Assembly (NCBI GenBank): GCA_964587465.1 | Contig: CAZPLH010000001.1 | Coordinates: forward strand, 1 to 49,962 | DNA: 49,962 nt | Direction: 5' to 3' | DNA from: an uncultured Candidatus Saccharibacteria bacterium | Lineage (GTDB): Bacteria > Patescibacteriota > Saccharimonadia > Saccharimonadales > CAIOMD01 | Shown: positions 8,463 through 17,028 of the stretch, in pieces | How positions within the stretch are numbered: the first letter of the stretch is position 1 | Layout of the letters: each line of letters starts with the position of its first letter | Program-made: the position numbers and the translations under genes | Notes under the pieces: generated by a model | The model's input: only the letters and a program-made list of their open reading frames with translations | Database searches by the model: none | Told to the model about the DNA's origin: nothing

Positions 8463-9605
8463 ATGGCTACAAAAAAAGCAAAAACAACAGTTGCGAGCGA
8501 AACACCAAAAACGGGTTCGCTCGAACACGAGCGGTTAACGGCGCTTATTAACAGCATGGCCGATGGTGTAATTGCGCTTGATGAAAGCGGTAAGGTTGCC
8601 GTGTATAACGGTGCTGCGCTTAACATTTTGGACAGTAACAAGGGGTTGGCCGACCAGACATTGGCAGACGTACTCGTTTTGGTAGACAAAACCGGCCAAC
8701 AAGTTCCTGTCGCAGACCTTATTAAACAAGCATCTTCGCAGTACACCACACGTGACTTACGCTTAAAGTACCCAAATGGTGAATTCATAAACCTGTATTT
8801 AAGTGTCGCCCCTGTGCACCTTGGCTACGGAGTAAAAGGTCAAAAAGGCTTCGTGCTGCTGTTGCGTGATATTACGCGCGAAAAAAGCCTAGAAGAAGAA
8901 CGTGATGAATTTATTAGTGTCGTAAGCCACGAGCTGCGAACGCCAATTGCCATTGCAGAAGGCAACATTAGTAACGCACAACTTATAGTGAACAAAACGC
9001 ATGGTGTGCCCGAAGCAGTGGCCTCATCATTAAATGCCGCTTACGAACAGACCATATTTTTAAGTGGCATGATTAACGACCTCGCAACACTCTCGCGCGC
9101 AGAACGGGGCAAATTACAAGTAGATATTGAACCGATAAACCCGCACGATTTATTGCACGACCTCGTTAACAATTACACCCCACAAGCAGAAGAAAAAGGC
9201 CTAAAACTTAAAGGCAGCACCGACCCAGAGCTTGTGTTGCTATATTCGAGCAAGCTGTACGTCCGTGAAATACTGCAAAATTTTATTACGAACGCTATTA
9301 AATACACCGAAAAGGGAAGTGTGCACATTTCGGCGCACAATCATCCAAAAGGTACGCTATTTGAAGTAACCGACACCGGCATTGGCATTAGCAAAGCAGA
9401 CAAAGAGCGTGTGTTCGACAAGTTCTTTAGAAGCGAAGATTTCAGAACTCGGCAAAGTAGCGGTACAGGCCTTGGCTTGTACGTAACCATGAAGCTCGCT
9501 CGGTTAATTCAGGCAGATATAAACTTAGAAAGCGAACTTAACAAAGGTTCGACCTTTAGCATCGTGTTCCCCAGCTTGGGCGAAAATAACACTACTCAAT
9601 CTTAG
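8463..9605 (+). CDS. Cytoplasmic PAS-domain sensor histidine kinase (orphan)
   Basis: PAS-like N-terminus, H-box 'SHELRTPIAIA', N-box 'NFITNAIKYT', G-boxes 'DTGIGI' and 'GTGLGL'. No TM segment. TATAAT at 8450-8455 lies only 7 nt before the ATG, so the mRNA may be leaderless. Confidence 0.85.
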   Translation: MATKKAKTTVASETPKTGSLEHERLTALINSMADGVIALDESGKVAVYNGAALNILDSNKGLADQTLADVLVLVDKTGQQVPVADLIKQASSQYTTRDLRLKYPNGEFINLYLSVAPVHLGYGVKGQKGFVLLLRDITREKSLEEERDEFISVVSHELRTPIAIAEGNISNAQLIVNKTHGVPEAVASSLNAAYEQTIFLSGMINDLATLSRAERGKLQVDIEPINPHDLLHDLVNNYTPQAEEKGLKLKGSTDPELVLLYSSKLYVREILQNFITNAIKYTEKGSVHISAHNHPKGTLFEVTDTGIGISKADKERVFDKFFRSEDFRTRQSSGTGLGLYVTMKLARLIQADINLESELNKGSTFSIVFPSLGENNTTQS

Positions 9606-11070
9606 GTAACTTTGGGATTGTTTGCATAACTGGCACGCACACGTTGCGGCCTTTCCAGTAGACTTCGCGAAATTCGTACAAGTACATAGAAGTATTGAGT
9701 GCGATTAAGTCCAAAATAATGCTAAATACTGCAGTAAACGGTGCCAACCACACCGCTGCTCGGTTCGTGGCAACGGTAATAACGACGTGCGTGGCGGTAA
9801 TAAGCATAGCCGCTGTAAGCGACAAGGCACGTACAGCGTTGTTCGGAGCGGTGAAAATAAGTATGAAGGGGCCGACGACAAACGCTAGTAGTCCAAGCAT
9901 TTGAAACGCCACAAGCTCTGGCCGGCGGTGCAGCTGCGGGTAGCGCGTGCGTATTGCAGTGCTCCATTGGCTCGCAAAATCTTTATGAGTGGTAATAACA
10001 CTTGTTTCGCTTGTGCGTTTAAAGGCGTATTTGCTCCCTAAGTCTCGTGCAAAATGACGTTCGGGCAAAATAGCTCGCTTTACTGCCTCGAACCCACCAG
10101 CTTTAAGCGCCGCCTTGCGGTCTATCATCCAGCAACTACTGAGTACTGGTGGCCATTTCTTAAGCTTGCGCGCTATAGCTAGCTCCCAGAAATAACGCAT
10201 AGGCTGCACTAGTATTGCCGCAAAGCCTGATTTTGTACGGCGCGGCAAAACACTTACCATAGTTTGCTTATGCTCGGTCATAGCCTGCACGAGTGAACGT
10301 ACGCTTGTAGCGTGGAGGCGAATATCGACGCCCATAAAAAGTACGTATTCGCCAGATGCTTCGTCCAATAGCTGTTTATAGGCATAGTTTTTGGCAAGCC
10401 AATCTTCGGGCGCTACTTGCCCCAGCACGAATCGTACGCCTTCGTGAGCAAAGCTTTTTATAACAGCTGCGGTTTTGTCTTGGCTGCAATCGTCGAGCAC
10501 AATAATTTCAAGTTTTGGGTAATCGCTGCTGAGCGCAGCAATAAGGCAGGCTTCGAGCGACTCGGTTTCGTTGCGTGCAGGTATGGCAATGGTAACGGTT
10601 GGTAAATCACGGTCAGCCATAGGCGCGCCTGTATCTGGCCTCGATTCAAGCATGTTAATCATGCTACATATAAAAAAGAATAGGCCCAGGGTAATACCGC
10701 CTAAAGCAAAAAAGAGCGCCACACTACTAAAAGATACAGTGACGAATAAACTACCCACGCTTACAAGTGCCAGTAAGCCAGTAAGCCACAGGTAGCTGAC
10801 AAAACTTGCGTGTTTGAGCCGCTCGACATTCGTACGCCCTTCAATGAGCCGTAAAACAGAAAACCCTTTATATATGCACAATACGGTAATAATTGCGCTC
10901 AACACCCAGGCAGCGCTCATAATGACGTACCCAGTCCCGAAGGCCAGAAACATAATAGACACAGCTGCAAGGCCTCTGCGGCGGCTCCAAAGGGGTGTAA
11001 CGTACAAAAGGAGCTCTATTATGCAGCTTACGGCAATACTAACTAGACCTAAGCGTAAGCTTTGTTCCAT
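9592..11070 (-). CDS. Membrane-embedded family 2 glycosyltransferase
   Basis: 'VTIAIPARNETESLEACL...IIVLDDCSQDKT' GT2 core flanked by multiple TM helices. The track ORF extends to 11232. I prefer Met at 11070 (alternative 11130) because it leaves a divergent promoter region. The start is uncertain. Confidence 0.7.
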   Translation of the reverse strand: MEQSLRLGLVSIAVSCIIELLLYVTPLWSRRRGLAAVSIMFLAFGTGYVIMSAAWVLSAIITVLCIYKGFSVLRLIEGRTNVERLKHASFVSYLWLTGLLALVSVGSLFVTVSFSSVALFFALGGITLGLFFFICSMINMLESRPDTGAPMADRDLPTVTIAIPARNETESLEACLIAALSSDYPKLEIIVLDDCSQDKTAAVIKSFAHEGVRFVLGQVAPEDWLAKNYAYKQLLDEASGEYVLFMGVDIRLHATSVRSLVQAMTEHKQTMVSVLPRRTKSGFAAILVQPMRYFWELAIARKLKKWPPVLSSCWMIDRKAALKAGGFEAVKRAILPERHFARDLGSKYAFKRTSETSVITTHKDFASQWSTAIRTRYPQLHRRPELVAFQMLGLLAFVVGPFILIFTAPNNAVRALSLTAAMLITATHVVITVATNRAAVWLAPFTAVFSIILDLIALNTSMYLYEFREVYWKGRNVCVPVMQTIPKLPKIE

Positions 11071-11141
11071 ATAAAAAAGTGTAGCATGCACAATACCCCT
11101 TGTGCTTGCATAGTTTTGAGTTGGTGACATAATCGGTAGCA

Positions 11142-11819
11142 ATGGCAAAACACGCAACACCTCCAAGCCTTGAAGTATCTCGCCCAATTTTAAGTTATGT
11201 TGGCCCAGACAAAGCCGCCCTTGGCACGGCATTTAAAGAGGCGGGCTTCGATAAAAAGCACCTTAAGTTTACGACTAACAAGTTCGAAAAAGTCGACCTT
11301 GTGCCCGTCGAAGATGTCCTGGGGTATCTAGAGGCAATCGGCAAAGAACCGACCCCTGCATTGATTGATGAACTCGCTGCCTATTTAGATGAAACACTCC
11401 CTCGCAATCTTAACGTAACGTTCGAAGACACTATTGACGAAGTTATCACCAGTAAAAAAACAGATGCTCAGGGCGGGGTGCAAGTTTCGCTTGGGGGCGC
11501 TAATATACCGGTGCTCGTGCAAGAGCGCGCTGAAGTAATAGCCGATATAGAACATTATTTTGGAATAAAAAGCGATTATACATGGCAGGCACAGAGCTTA
11601 GGTGAACTTGCGCTTTTTCGGGTTTACAACAAGAAACACGTAAAACCACTCCGTGAAATTATTGAACGACATTTGGGTGAGCGTACAGTGACGCTTATAC
11701 TCGGCGGAATAGAAATTACCGATACAATTGCCGAAAACGAGCTTGGTCAGATTAAGCTTGCACGACGTAGTATAGAATTGCCTTCTTACATGACACCAGA
11801 TACAGCGGCGAACGGCTAA
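11142..11819 (+). CDS. Hypothetical protein
   Basis: 225-aa ORF with native-looking composition and no motif I can name. Confidence 0.45.
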   Translation: MAKHATPPSLEVSRPILSYVGPDKAALGTAFKEAGFDKKHLKFTTNKFEKVDLVPVEDVLGYLEAIGKEPTPALIDELAAYLDETLPRNLNVTFEDTIDEVITSKKTDAQGGVQVSLGGANIPVLVQERAEVIADIEHYFGIKSDYTWQAQSLGELALFRVYNKKHVKPLREIIERHLGERTVTLILGGIEITDTIAENELGQIKLARRSIELPSYMTPDTAANG

Positions 11820-11862
11820 ACCTTTTCAAAAGAAGAAAACTCTGGTATATTGACAGCAAGCA

Positions 11863-11889
11863 CCTAAGAACTATTTCTTAGGCTTTTTT
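11863..11889 (+). terminator. Rho-independent terminator hairpin
   Basis: CCTAAGAA-CTAT-TTCTTAGG followed by CTTTTTT. It ends about 1 nt before the secE ribosome-binding site. Confidence 0.55.
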
Positions 11890-11902
11890 AATGGGAGAAG
11901 AA

Positions 11903-12310
11903 ATGGCTGACGAGAAACCTGCAAAAGACGCGCCAAGAAAGCGCAAAAGTCCGACAACCGTTCGCGAGCATGCTGAAAAGCAGGCTGAAAAACGCGTTGA
12001 AAAGCCAAGCAAAATTAAGGGTAAAATTCACAAGCCACTTACTGTCTTGCGACAAGCTGGTAAAAAAGAATTTACTCCGGTAAAGGTACCAGAAAAGAAG
12101 GGTGTCCGCCATCTAAACAAACGAGTTCGCTTCGTACCTAAATTCATACGAGAATCGTGGGCTGAGCTTAAAAAAGTTACCTGGCCAACTAAACGTGAAG
12201 CGATTCGTTTAACCTTTGCAGTTTTTGTTTTCGCTACCGTGTTCACCCTATTTATTCAAATTATTGACTTTGTATTTAACAAGCTCGTGAAGGAGATATT
12301 ACTACGATGA
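11903..12310 (+). CDS. secE: Preprotein translocase subunit SecE with a long Lys-rich N-terminal extension
   Basis: C-terminal 'ESWAELKKVTWPTKREAIRLTFAVFVFATVF...' is the SecE signature plus TM helix. GGGAGAAG Shine-Dalgarno before ATG 11903 (alternative ATG at 11891). ATGA overlap with nusG. Confidence 0.85.
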   Translation: MADEKPAKDAPRKRKSPTTVREHAEKQAEKRVEKPSKIKGKIHKPLTVLRQAGKKEFTPVKVPEKKGVRHLNKRVRFVPKFIRESWAELKKVTWPTKREAIRLTFAVFVFATVFTLFIQIIDFVFNKLVKEILLR

Positions 12311-12852
12311 GCGTAAAACGTTACGATTCTAGCAAACAGTGGTACGCAATCCACACTTACAGTGGATATGAAGAAAAAGTTGCAGAAAGCATTCGCCAGC
12401 GTGCGGACAGCCTTGACATGGCCGACAAGATTTTTGCCGTACTTGTACCAAAAGAAAAGCAGATTGAAATTAAGAACGGTAAGCGTAAAGTTGTCGAAAA
12501 GCGTATTTTCCAAGGCTACGTATTAGTACAAATGAAGCTTTCTGAAGACGCATGGTACATAGTGCGCAACACGCCAAACGTAACTGGTTTTGTTGGTAGC
12601 GGTACTGAACCTACCCCGGTCAGCAACGACGAAATGGAAAAAATTAACAAGCGTATGGGTATTGACCAGCCTAAGCACAAGATTGACTACAATGTCGGCG
12701 AAGTCGTCAGCATTATCGATGGTCCGTTCAAAGGCTTCGACGGCTCGATTAACGAAATTGATACTCAAAAAGGTAAAATTAAAGTATTGGTTAACATGTT
12801 CGGCCGTGAAACACCGGTTGAACTCGACAGTCTTCAAGTTAAGCGCGTGTAA
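12307..12852 (+). CDS. nusG: Transcription termination/antitermination factor NusG
   Basis: 'WYAIHTYSGYEEKV' NGN domain and C-terminal KOW ('GEVVSIIDGPFKGFDGSINEID'). Confidence 0.95.
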   Translation: MSVKRYDSSKQWYAIHTYSGYEEKVAESIRQRADSLDMADKIFAVLVPKEKQIEIKNGKRKVVEKRIFQGYVLVQMKLSEDAWYIVRNTPNVTGFVGSGTEPTPVSNDEMEKINKRMGIDQPKHKIDYNVGEVVSIIDGPFKGFDGSINEIDTQKGKIKVLVNMFGRETPVELDSLQVKRV

Positions 12853-12888
12853 TATTACTTAGGTGCGGTGGGCAGTAGGCGGTAGTGT

Positions 12889-13266
12889 ATGGCTCGGCCC
12901 AATAACTCGGCAAATTCTGAACAAGAAATTCTTGTGAGTGCTATTATCCCAAACAACGATGAGTCGGCATATGTAGTGTCGAGCAAAGGCGAAACCTTGC
13001 CGGCAAAAAAGCAAGAAACGGGCACGCACGAAAGAACATTTGCAGCTTTAAGTAAAGAAGTTACCGGTTTAGCACTTTCAATAGACCACATGCGTGGTCG
13101 TCAAACTGGCGTCGGTGCGGTTATGTTTGCTTTGGCGAAGCCAGTTTATGAAGACAAAGCACATTTAGCCGATGGATACGAATGGTGTACGCCCGAAAGA
13201 GCTGAACAACTGCGCTCGTTTACTCGTGATTTATTTAAGCTACACGCACTAGAGGATGGTAAATAA
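12889..13266 (+). CDS. Hypothetical protein, possible degenerate Nudix fold
   Basis: 125-aa ORF. 'GETLPAKKQETGTHERTFAALSKEVTGL' aligns by eye to the Nudix box GX5EX7REUXEEXGU, but the RE..EE residues are replaced. Confidence 0.4.
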   Translation: MARPNNSANSEQEILVSAIIPNNDESAYVVSSKGETLPAKKQETGTHERTFAALSKEVTGLALSIDHMRGRQTGVGAVMFALAKPVYEDKAHLADGYEWCTPERAEQLRSFTRDLFKLHALEDGK

Positions 13267-13270
13267 AATC

Positions 13271-13651
13271 ATGACATCAAATGAATTCGCCTCGCAAGTA
13301 GAAGCAACTCGACAGAAGTATCCTGAATGGTTCGAGGTTGCCGAGGCACTCGGAACCACTCCTATTGACGATAAAGCAGATGAATTTGACGAGCTAATGA
13401 GCGTTCTTGCAGGGTTGAAGCCCATGGAGCTTTACGCCACGACAATTGTTGCAGGCGAATGTGGAAACAGCACGTTACTTGCACTAATTTCACAATTCTC
13501 ACTTGAGGTGTTCGAGTACCAACAAGCCCAGGCGGCACAAGCAACAACAGTCGTCGACAAGTTTGCGAATAATAGAACTGTAGAACAATATGCGTTTATA
13601 GAAGTAACGGCGACCCAGCTATTGTTTAATTCTGACGCGCCAGTACAGTAG
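13271..13651 (+). CDS. Hypothetical acidic protein
   Basis: ORF in the track starts at 13256. ATG 13271 has better spacing from the GAGGA at about 13252. No recognisable motif. Confidence 0.4.
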   Translation: MTSNEFASQVEATRQKYPEWFEVAEALGTTPIDDKADEFDELMSVLAGLKPMELYATTIVAGECGNSTLLALISQFSLEVFEYQQAQAAQATTVVDKFANNRTVEQYAFIEVTATQLLFNSDAPVQ

Positions 13652-13677
13652 ACAAAAACCCCAAAATCTGTTACATT
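13649..13677 (+). promoter_or_regulatory. Putative promoter of rplK
   Basis: TAGACA - 17 nt - TACATT with TG two nt upstream (atcTGtTACATT). It shares 'ATCTGTTAC' with the rplJ promoter candidate. Confidence 0.4.
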
Positions 13678-13764
13678 AGTTCAGTTACGCACTACTGAAA
13701 TAAGTAGGAGAGTTAGTAAGACTGCTTCAATATCTGAACACTCGTTAAATCTAGGAGAAATACT

Positions 13765-14193
13765 ATGGCAAAAGCCGTAAAAGCAAACTTAAAAATGAAG
13801 ATTAAAGCCGGCCAGGCTTCAGCAGCGCCTCCTGTAGGTAGCTCACTTGGTCAGCACGGTGTGAACATGATGGATTTCATTAATCCATTTAACGATGCAA
13901 CCAAAGACCGCATGGGTCAGGACGTTACCGTTCACATTACTATCTACGAAGACCGCACCATGGACTGGCGCGTTGTTGGCACCCCAACAGACGTGCTTAT
14001 TCTTAAGGCGCTTGGTGTTAACAAAGGCTCTGGCCGCCCTAACACCGAAAAAGTTAGCAAAAAGCTAACCGATGCTCAGCTTACGCAAATTGCAGAAGCA
14101 AAAGCAGCTGACATGAACACTGAAGATATTCCAGCAGTTAAGAAAATGGTTGCCGGTACTGCACGCAGTATGGGTGTAGAAGTAGAGGGCTAA
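13765..14193 (+). CDS. rplK: 50S ribosomal protein L11
   Basis: 'KAGQASAAPPVGSSLGQHGVNMMDF' is the canonical L11 N-domain. AGGAGA Shine-Dalgarno. Confidence 0.95.
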   Translation: MAKAVKANLKMKIKAGQASAAPPVGSSLGQHGVNMMDFINPFNDATKDRMGQDVTVHITIYEDRTMDWRVVGTPTDVLILKALGVNKGSGRPNTEKVSKKLTDAQLTQIAEAKAADMNTEDIPAVKKMVAGTARSMGVEVEG

Positions 14194-14194
14194 T

Positions 14195-14758
14195 ATGGCT
14201 TTTCCAGACTCACGCTCATTCCCAGGTGGTGGTGATTTCAGGCCACATGTAGGCGATGACGATAGGGTAACGGGTGCGTATGAAGGCGACTACCTAGACC
14301 CTGCAGCAGAAGCAGCCTGGGGGCGTCTTTACGGCGATGCTGTACCAGTAGCGCCAGCAGAGCCCGAAACACAAGCTGTTTCAGGTACAGATGAAGAACT
14401 GTTGCGATTATGGTCGCATGCCATTGATAACGAGGATTATGCTCTAGCCGCAAGAATCCAAGCAGAAGCTAGTGGTGTCGAAGTAGCTGATGATGTACCT
14501 TTCGACTTTCATTCTGAAGTAATTATATACGGGAGTACAAAGGCCGACCCACATGTTTTAGCCGCCCTTCGCACTCAAAGCAACTGCTATTCAGAAATGT
14601 TGCGCTGTGAGGCAGCCGGAGATATTGCAGGAAGCGCCGCTGCTCAAAAACAACTAGATTTTTTCACTCAGAACAATCCAGATCTAATTGCACGCGCCAA
14701 TGCCATTCGTCGCGAATTTGTAATAAAGCTCGCTAAAGATGGATTTTTTACTAAGTAA
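14195..14758 (+). CDS. Hypothetical acidic protein inserted between rplK and rplA (UVR-like helix)
   Basis: 187-aa ORF. The ATG lies 1 nt after the rplK stop, with GAGGG inside the rplK 3' end. 'EELLRLWSHAIDNEDYALAARIQAEA' resembles a UVR motif. Confidence 0.55.
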   Translation: MAFPDSRSFPGGGDFRPHVGDDDRVTGAYEGDYLDPAAEAAWGRLYGDAVPVAPAEPETQAVSGTDEELLRLWSHAIDNEDYALAARIQAEASGVEVADDVPFDFHSEVIIYGSTKADPHVLAALRTQSNCYSEMLRCEAAGDIAGSAAAQKQLDFFTQNNPDLIARANAIRREFVIKLAKDGFFTK

Positions 14759-14822
14759 TAACGTTAATTAAGTAAGTGGGAGGCCCTTAAAAAGCCGTTT
14801 GCACCACGAAAGGAACATAGTT

Positions 14823-15770
14823 ATGGCAGAAGCCAAGAAGAAAGCCGTAAAGGCAGAAGAAGTAGAAACTAAAGTAGAGGCCATAGAAGCTGCAGCTGAA
14901 GTAGTAGCAGTAGAAGAAGCACCTAAGGCAGAAAAGAAACTTACAGCGAAAGCTGGCAAGCGTAGCGCAAAAGCAATCGCCGAAGTTGAAGAAAAGCAAG
15001 AAAAAGAAGCTCGCAAAGCTGACGCAGCTACTGCAGCACCAGCGCCAAAGGCAGCACCTAAGCCTCGCACTCGTCTAGAGCGCCAGGGTAAAAAGTTCCG
15101 CCAGGCTGCAACTTTGCTTGAAAAAGGCAAAGAATACGGTGTAAAAGAAGCGCTTGAACTAGCTGCTAAAACCAGCACAACTAAGTTTGATGCAACAGTT
15201 GAACTACACGTTAACCTTGGTGTTGACCCACGTCACGCAGACCAAAACATCCGCCAAACGCTTGTTTTGCCTGCTGGTACCGGTAAAACTGTCAAAGTTG
15301 CTGTATTTGCCGAAGCTGACGACGCTGCTAAGGCTAAAAAAGCTGGTGCAGATATAGCTGGCAGCGAAGAATTCTTGCAACAGCTCGACAAGGGCGTTAT
15401 CGACTTTGACGTGCTTGTAGCAACCCCAGCTGTAATGCCAAAACTTGGTAAGTACGCACGTGTACTTGGGCCAAAAGGTCTTATGCCAAGTCCAAAAAGC
15501 GGTACCGTAACAACTGACGTTGAAAAAGCCGTAACTGAAGCTAAGGCCGGTAAAGTTGAATTCCGTGTCGACACAAGCGGTATTGTGCACCTTGGTGTTG
15601 GAAAGGTTGGCTTTGGCGCCGACAAGCTTGCACTTAACGTAAACGCAGTTCTTGCAGCAATTAAGGCTGCTAAGCCTGCAAGCGTTAAGGGCGCATACGT
15701 AAAGTCTATTTATGTCACCACAACTATGGGCCCATCGCTCAAAATCGCATTAAGCGAGATGAACGTATAA
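14823..15770 (+). CDS. rplA: 50S ribosomal protein L1 with an N-terminal Lys/Ala/Glu-rich extension of about 80 aa
   Basis: The canonical L1 core starts near 'RQGKKFRQAATLLEKGKEYGVKEALELA...FDATVELHVNLGVDPRHADQNIR'. AAAGGAA precedes ATG 14823 (track ORF starts at 14799). Confidence 0.9.
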   Translation: MAEAKKKAVKAEEVETKVEAIEAAAEVVAVEEAPKAEKKLTAKAGKRSAKAIAEVEEKQEKEARKADAATAAPAPKAAPKPRTRLERQGKKFRQAATLLEKGKEYGVKEALELAAKTSTTKFDATVELHVNLGVDPRHADQNIRQTLVLPAGTGKTVKVAVFAEADDAAKAKKAGADIAGSEEFLQQLDKGVIDFDVLVATPAVMPKLGKYARVLGPKGLMPSPKSGTVTTDVEKAVTEAKAGKVEFRVDTSGIVHLGVGKVGFGADKLALNVNAVLAAIKAAKPASVKGAYVKSIYVTTTMGPSLKIALSEMNV

Positions 15771-15788
15771 TCACTGGTTGTCCACTTG

Positions 15789-15818
15789 AAAAAGCTCCGA
15801 GAAATCGGAGCTTTTTAA
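15789..15818. terminator. Bidirectional rho-independent terminator
   Basis: AAAGCTCCGA-GAAA-TCGGAGCTTT, a perfect 10-bp stem flanked by A and T runs, between convergent rplA and the hydrolase gene. Confidence 0.75.
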
Positions 15819-16905
15819 TTACGGCGTTTACCCTCGAGCTGGTTCGATTCTTGATACGGCAGTACGAGGTATCTAAAAAGTGCATCGGCAAATTCTTTTG
15901 GTTTATCGGTTTCGTCGGCGTGTCCGCCATTCTTTACCAAAATGCGAACAAGGCGAATGCCAAGCTCTGATTCGTAGCGGTTTGCGGCTTCCCGCGTAAA
16001 CACGGTTTCGTCGGCGTGCTGATTTTCGGGCATAACGTAGTAAACGGCCATTGCTTGCTTAATTCGTTCGGCTGAATCATCAATGTCAATCGTCCCGAGC
16101 TTACCAAGTTCGTCGGTAAATAAGCGGGGTGAACTACCGGTTATTGAAACTCGCCAAGCGTCTTTTACTTGTTCGGCAATACTAAGGCTATGGTTGGCGT
16201 GCAGCATGGTATTGTTTACAATTTCAAATCCAAACTTACTTAAAAAGCCACCCCCGTAAAAGTCGGCCGGGCCGCTCGCTTTTGGCGAAAAGCTATTTTT
16301 TGCATCGTATATCCATGACGGTGAAGAATCATAGACCACAAATTTGATTCTATATTCGCTAGGTACATACTTAAGGATTTCTGACAGTAAGACGCCACCC
16401 ATACTGTGTGCCCAAAAGCTTACTGTTTTTGCATCGTGCTTTTGAAGAAGCTGCGTAATTTGCTCGCCTGCTTCTTGCGGGTCGACGCCGTTATCTTCGA
16501 ACGATAAATAGCCAACATCCCCGTATAATGCAGAGTACTGTTGTCTACCGAGGCAATACCTTCGCCACTTTGAACCCCTAATCCGGGCACAATTATCCAA
16601 AGATTATCAGATGTTTTACCTTCGTATTCTGAAAGCACAGCAGCTTTTGTTTCGCCACCGTTCCACATGGCAAAACCAAGTGCTTTGTCGGTATTTACAA
16701 AAACCGAAAGTCCAAGCAGTACACCTGCACCAAATTTACGAAGACGAATATTGTCGAGCGGCGGATGCTGCACTTCACTAGAGCGAAGTGCTTGTTTTGC
16801 TAATTTTTTACGGAGCCGTTTTTCTTTGCGCGGTCGCTTATAGGCGCGGAGCTCAAACTGCTGTTCTAGCTCATCTGTTTTTGGTTGTTTTTCTATAAGT
16901 GCCAC
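15815..16905 (-). pseudogene. Membrane-anchored alpha/beta hydrolase (lipase/esterase-like) split by a 1-nt frameshift
   Basis: ORF 16420..16905 (TM anchor, 'WIIVPGLGVQSGEG') and ORF 15815..16600 ('GDVGYLSFEDNG', nucleophile elbow 'AHSMGG') overlap in different frames. Adding one G to the GGGG run (plus-strand CCCC at 16519-16522) joins them as ...STLHYTGDVGYLSF... Confidence 0.6.
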
Positions 16906-17028
16906 AATTGCGCATTATTGTACGCCTTTTTTCACAGAATAGTACAGTTGTTTGCTATGATTATTTTAAGAAGTGGGCCGTACATTCCTGAATATGCATT
17001 TATTGGACGAAAATGCACTATAACCACA

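Noticed and set aside
11071-11232. N-terminal 54 residues of track ORF 9592..11232
   Set aside because: This extension would overlap the divergent gene starting at 11142 and leave no promoter space. The first TM helix starts after the Met at 11070. The start is still uncertain (alternative 11130).
13678-13764. L1-binding autoregulatory site in the rplK leader
   Set aside because: The leader can form small hairpins (CTACT/AGTAG, GTTCAG/CTGAAC) and contains GGAG...AAGAC. I cannot match it confidently to the L1 rRNA/mRNA binding consensus from memory.
14768-15178. 136-aa minus-strand ORF opposite the start of rplA
   Set aside because: It is an artefact of the repetitive GCN/AAR-rich extension of L1. 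The translation is a low-complexity Ala/Ser string.
16885-17028. N-terminal 48 residues of track ORF 16885..17751
   Set aside because: The sequence is hydrophobic and not dCTP-deaminase-like, and it overlaps the start of the divergent hydrolase ORF. The Met at 17029 begins the conserved domain.
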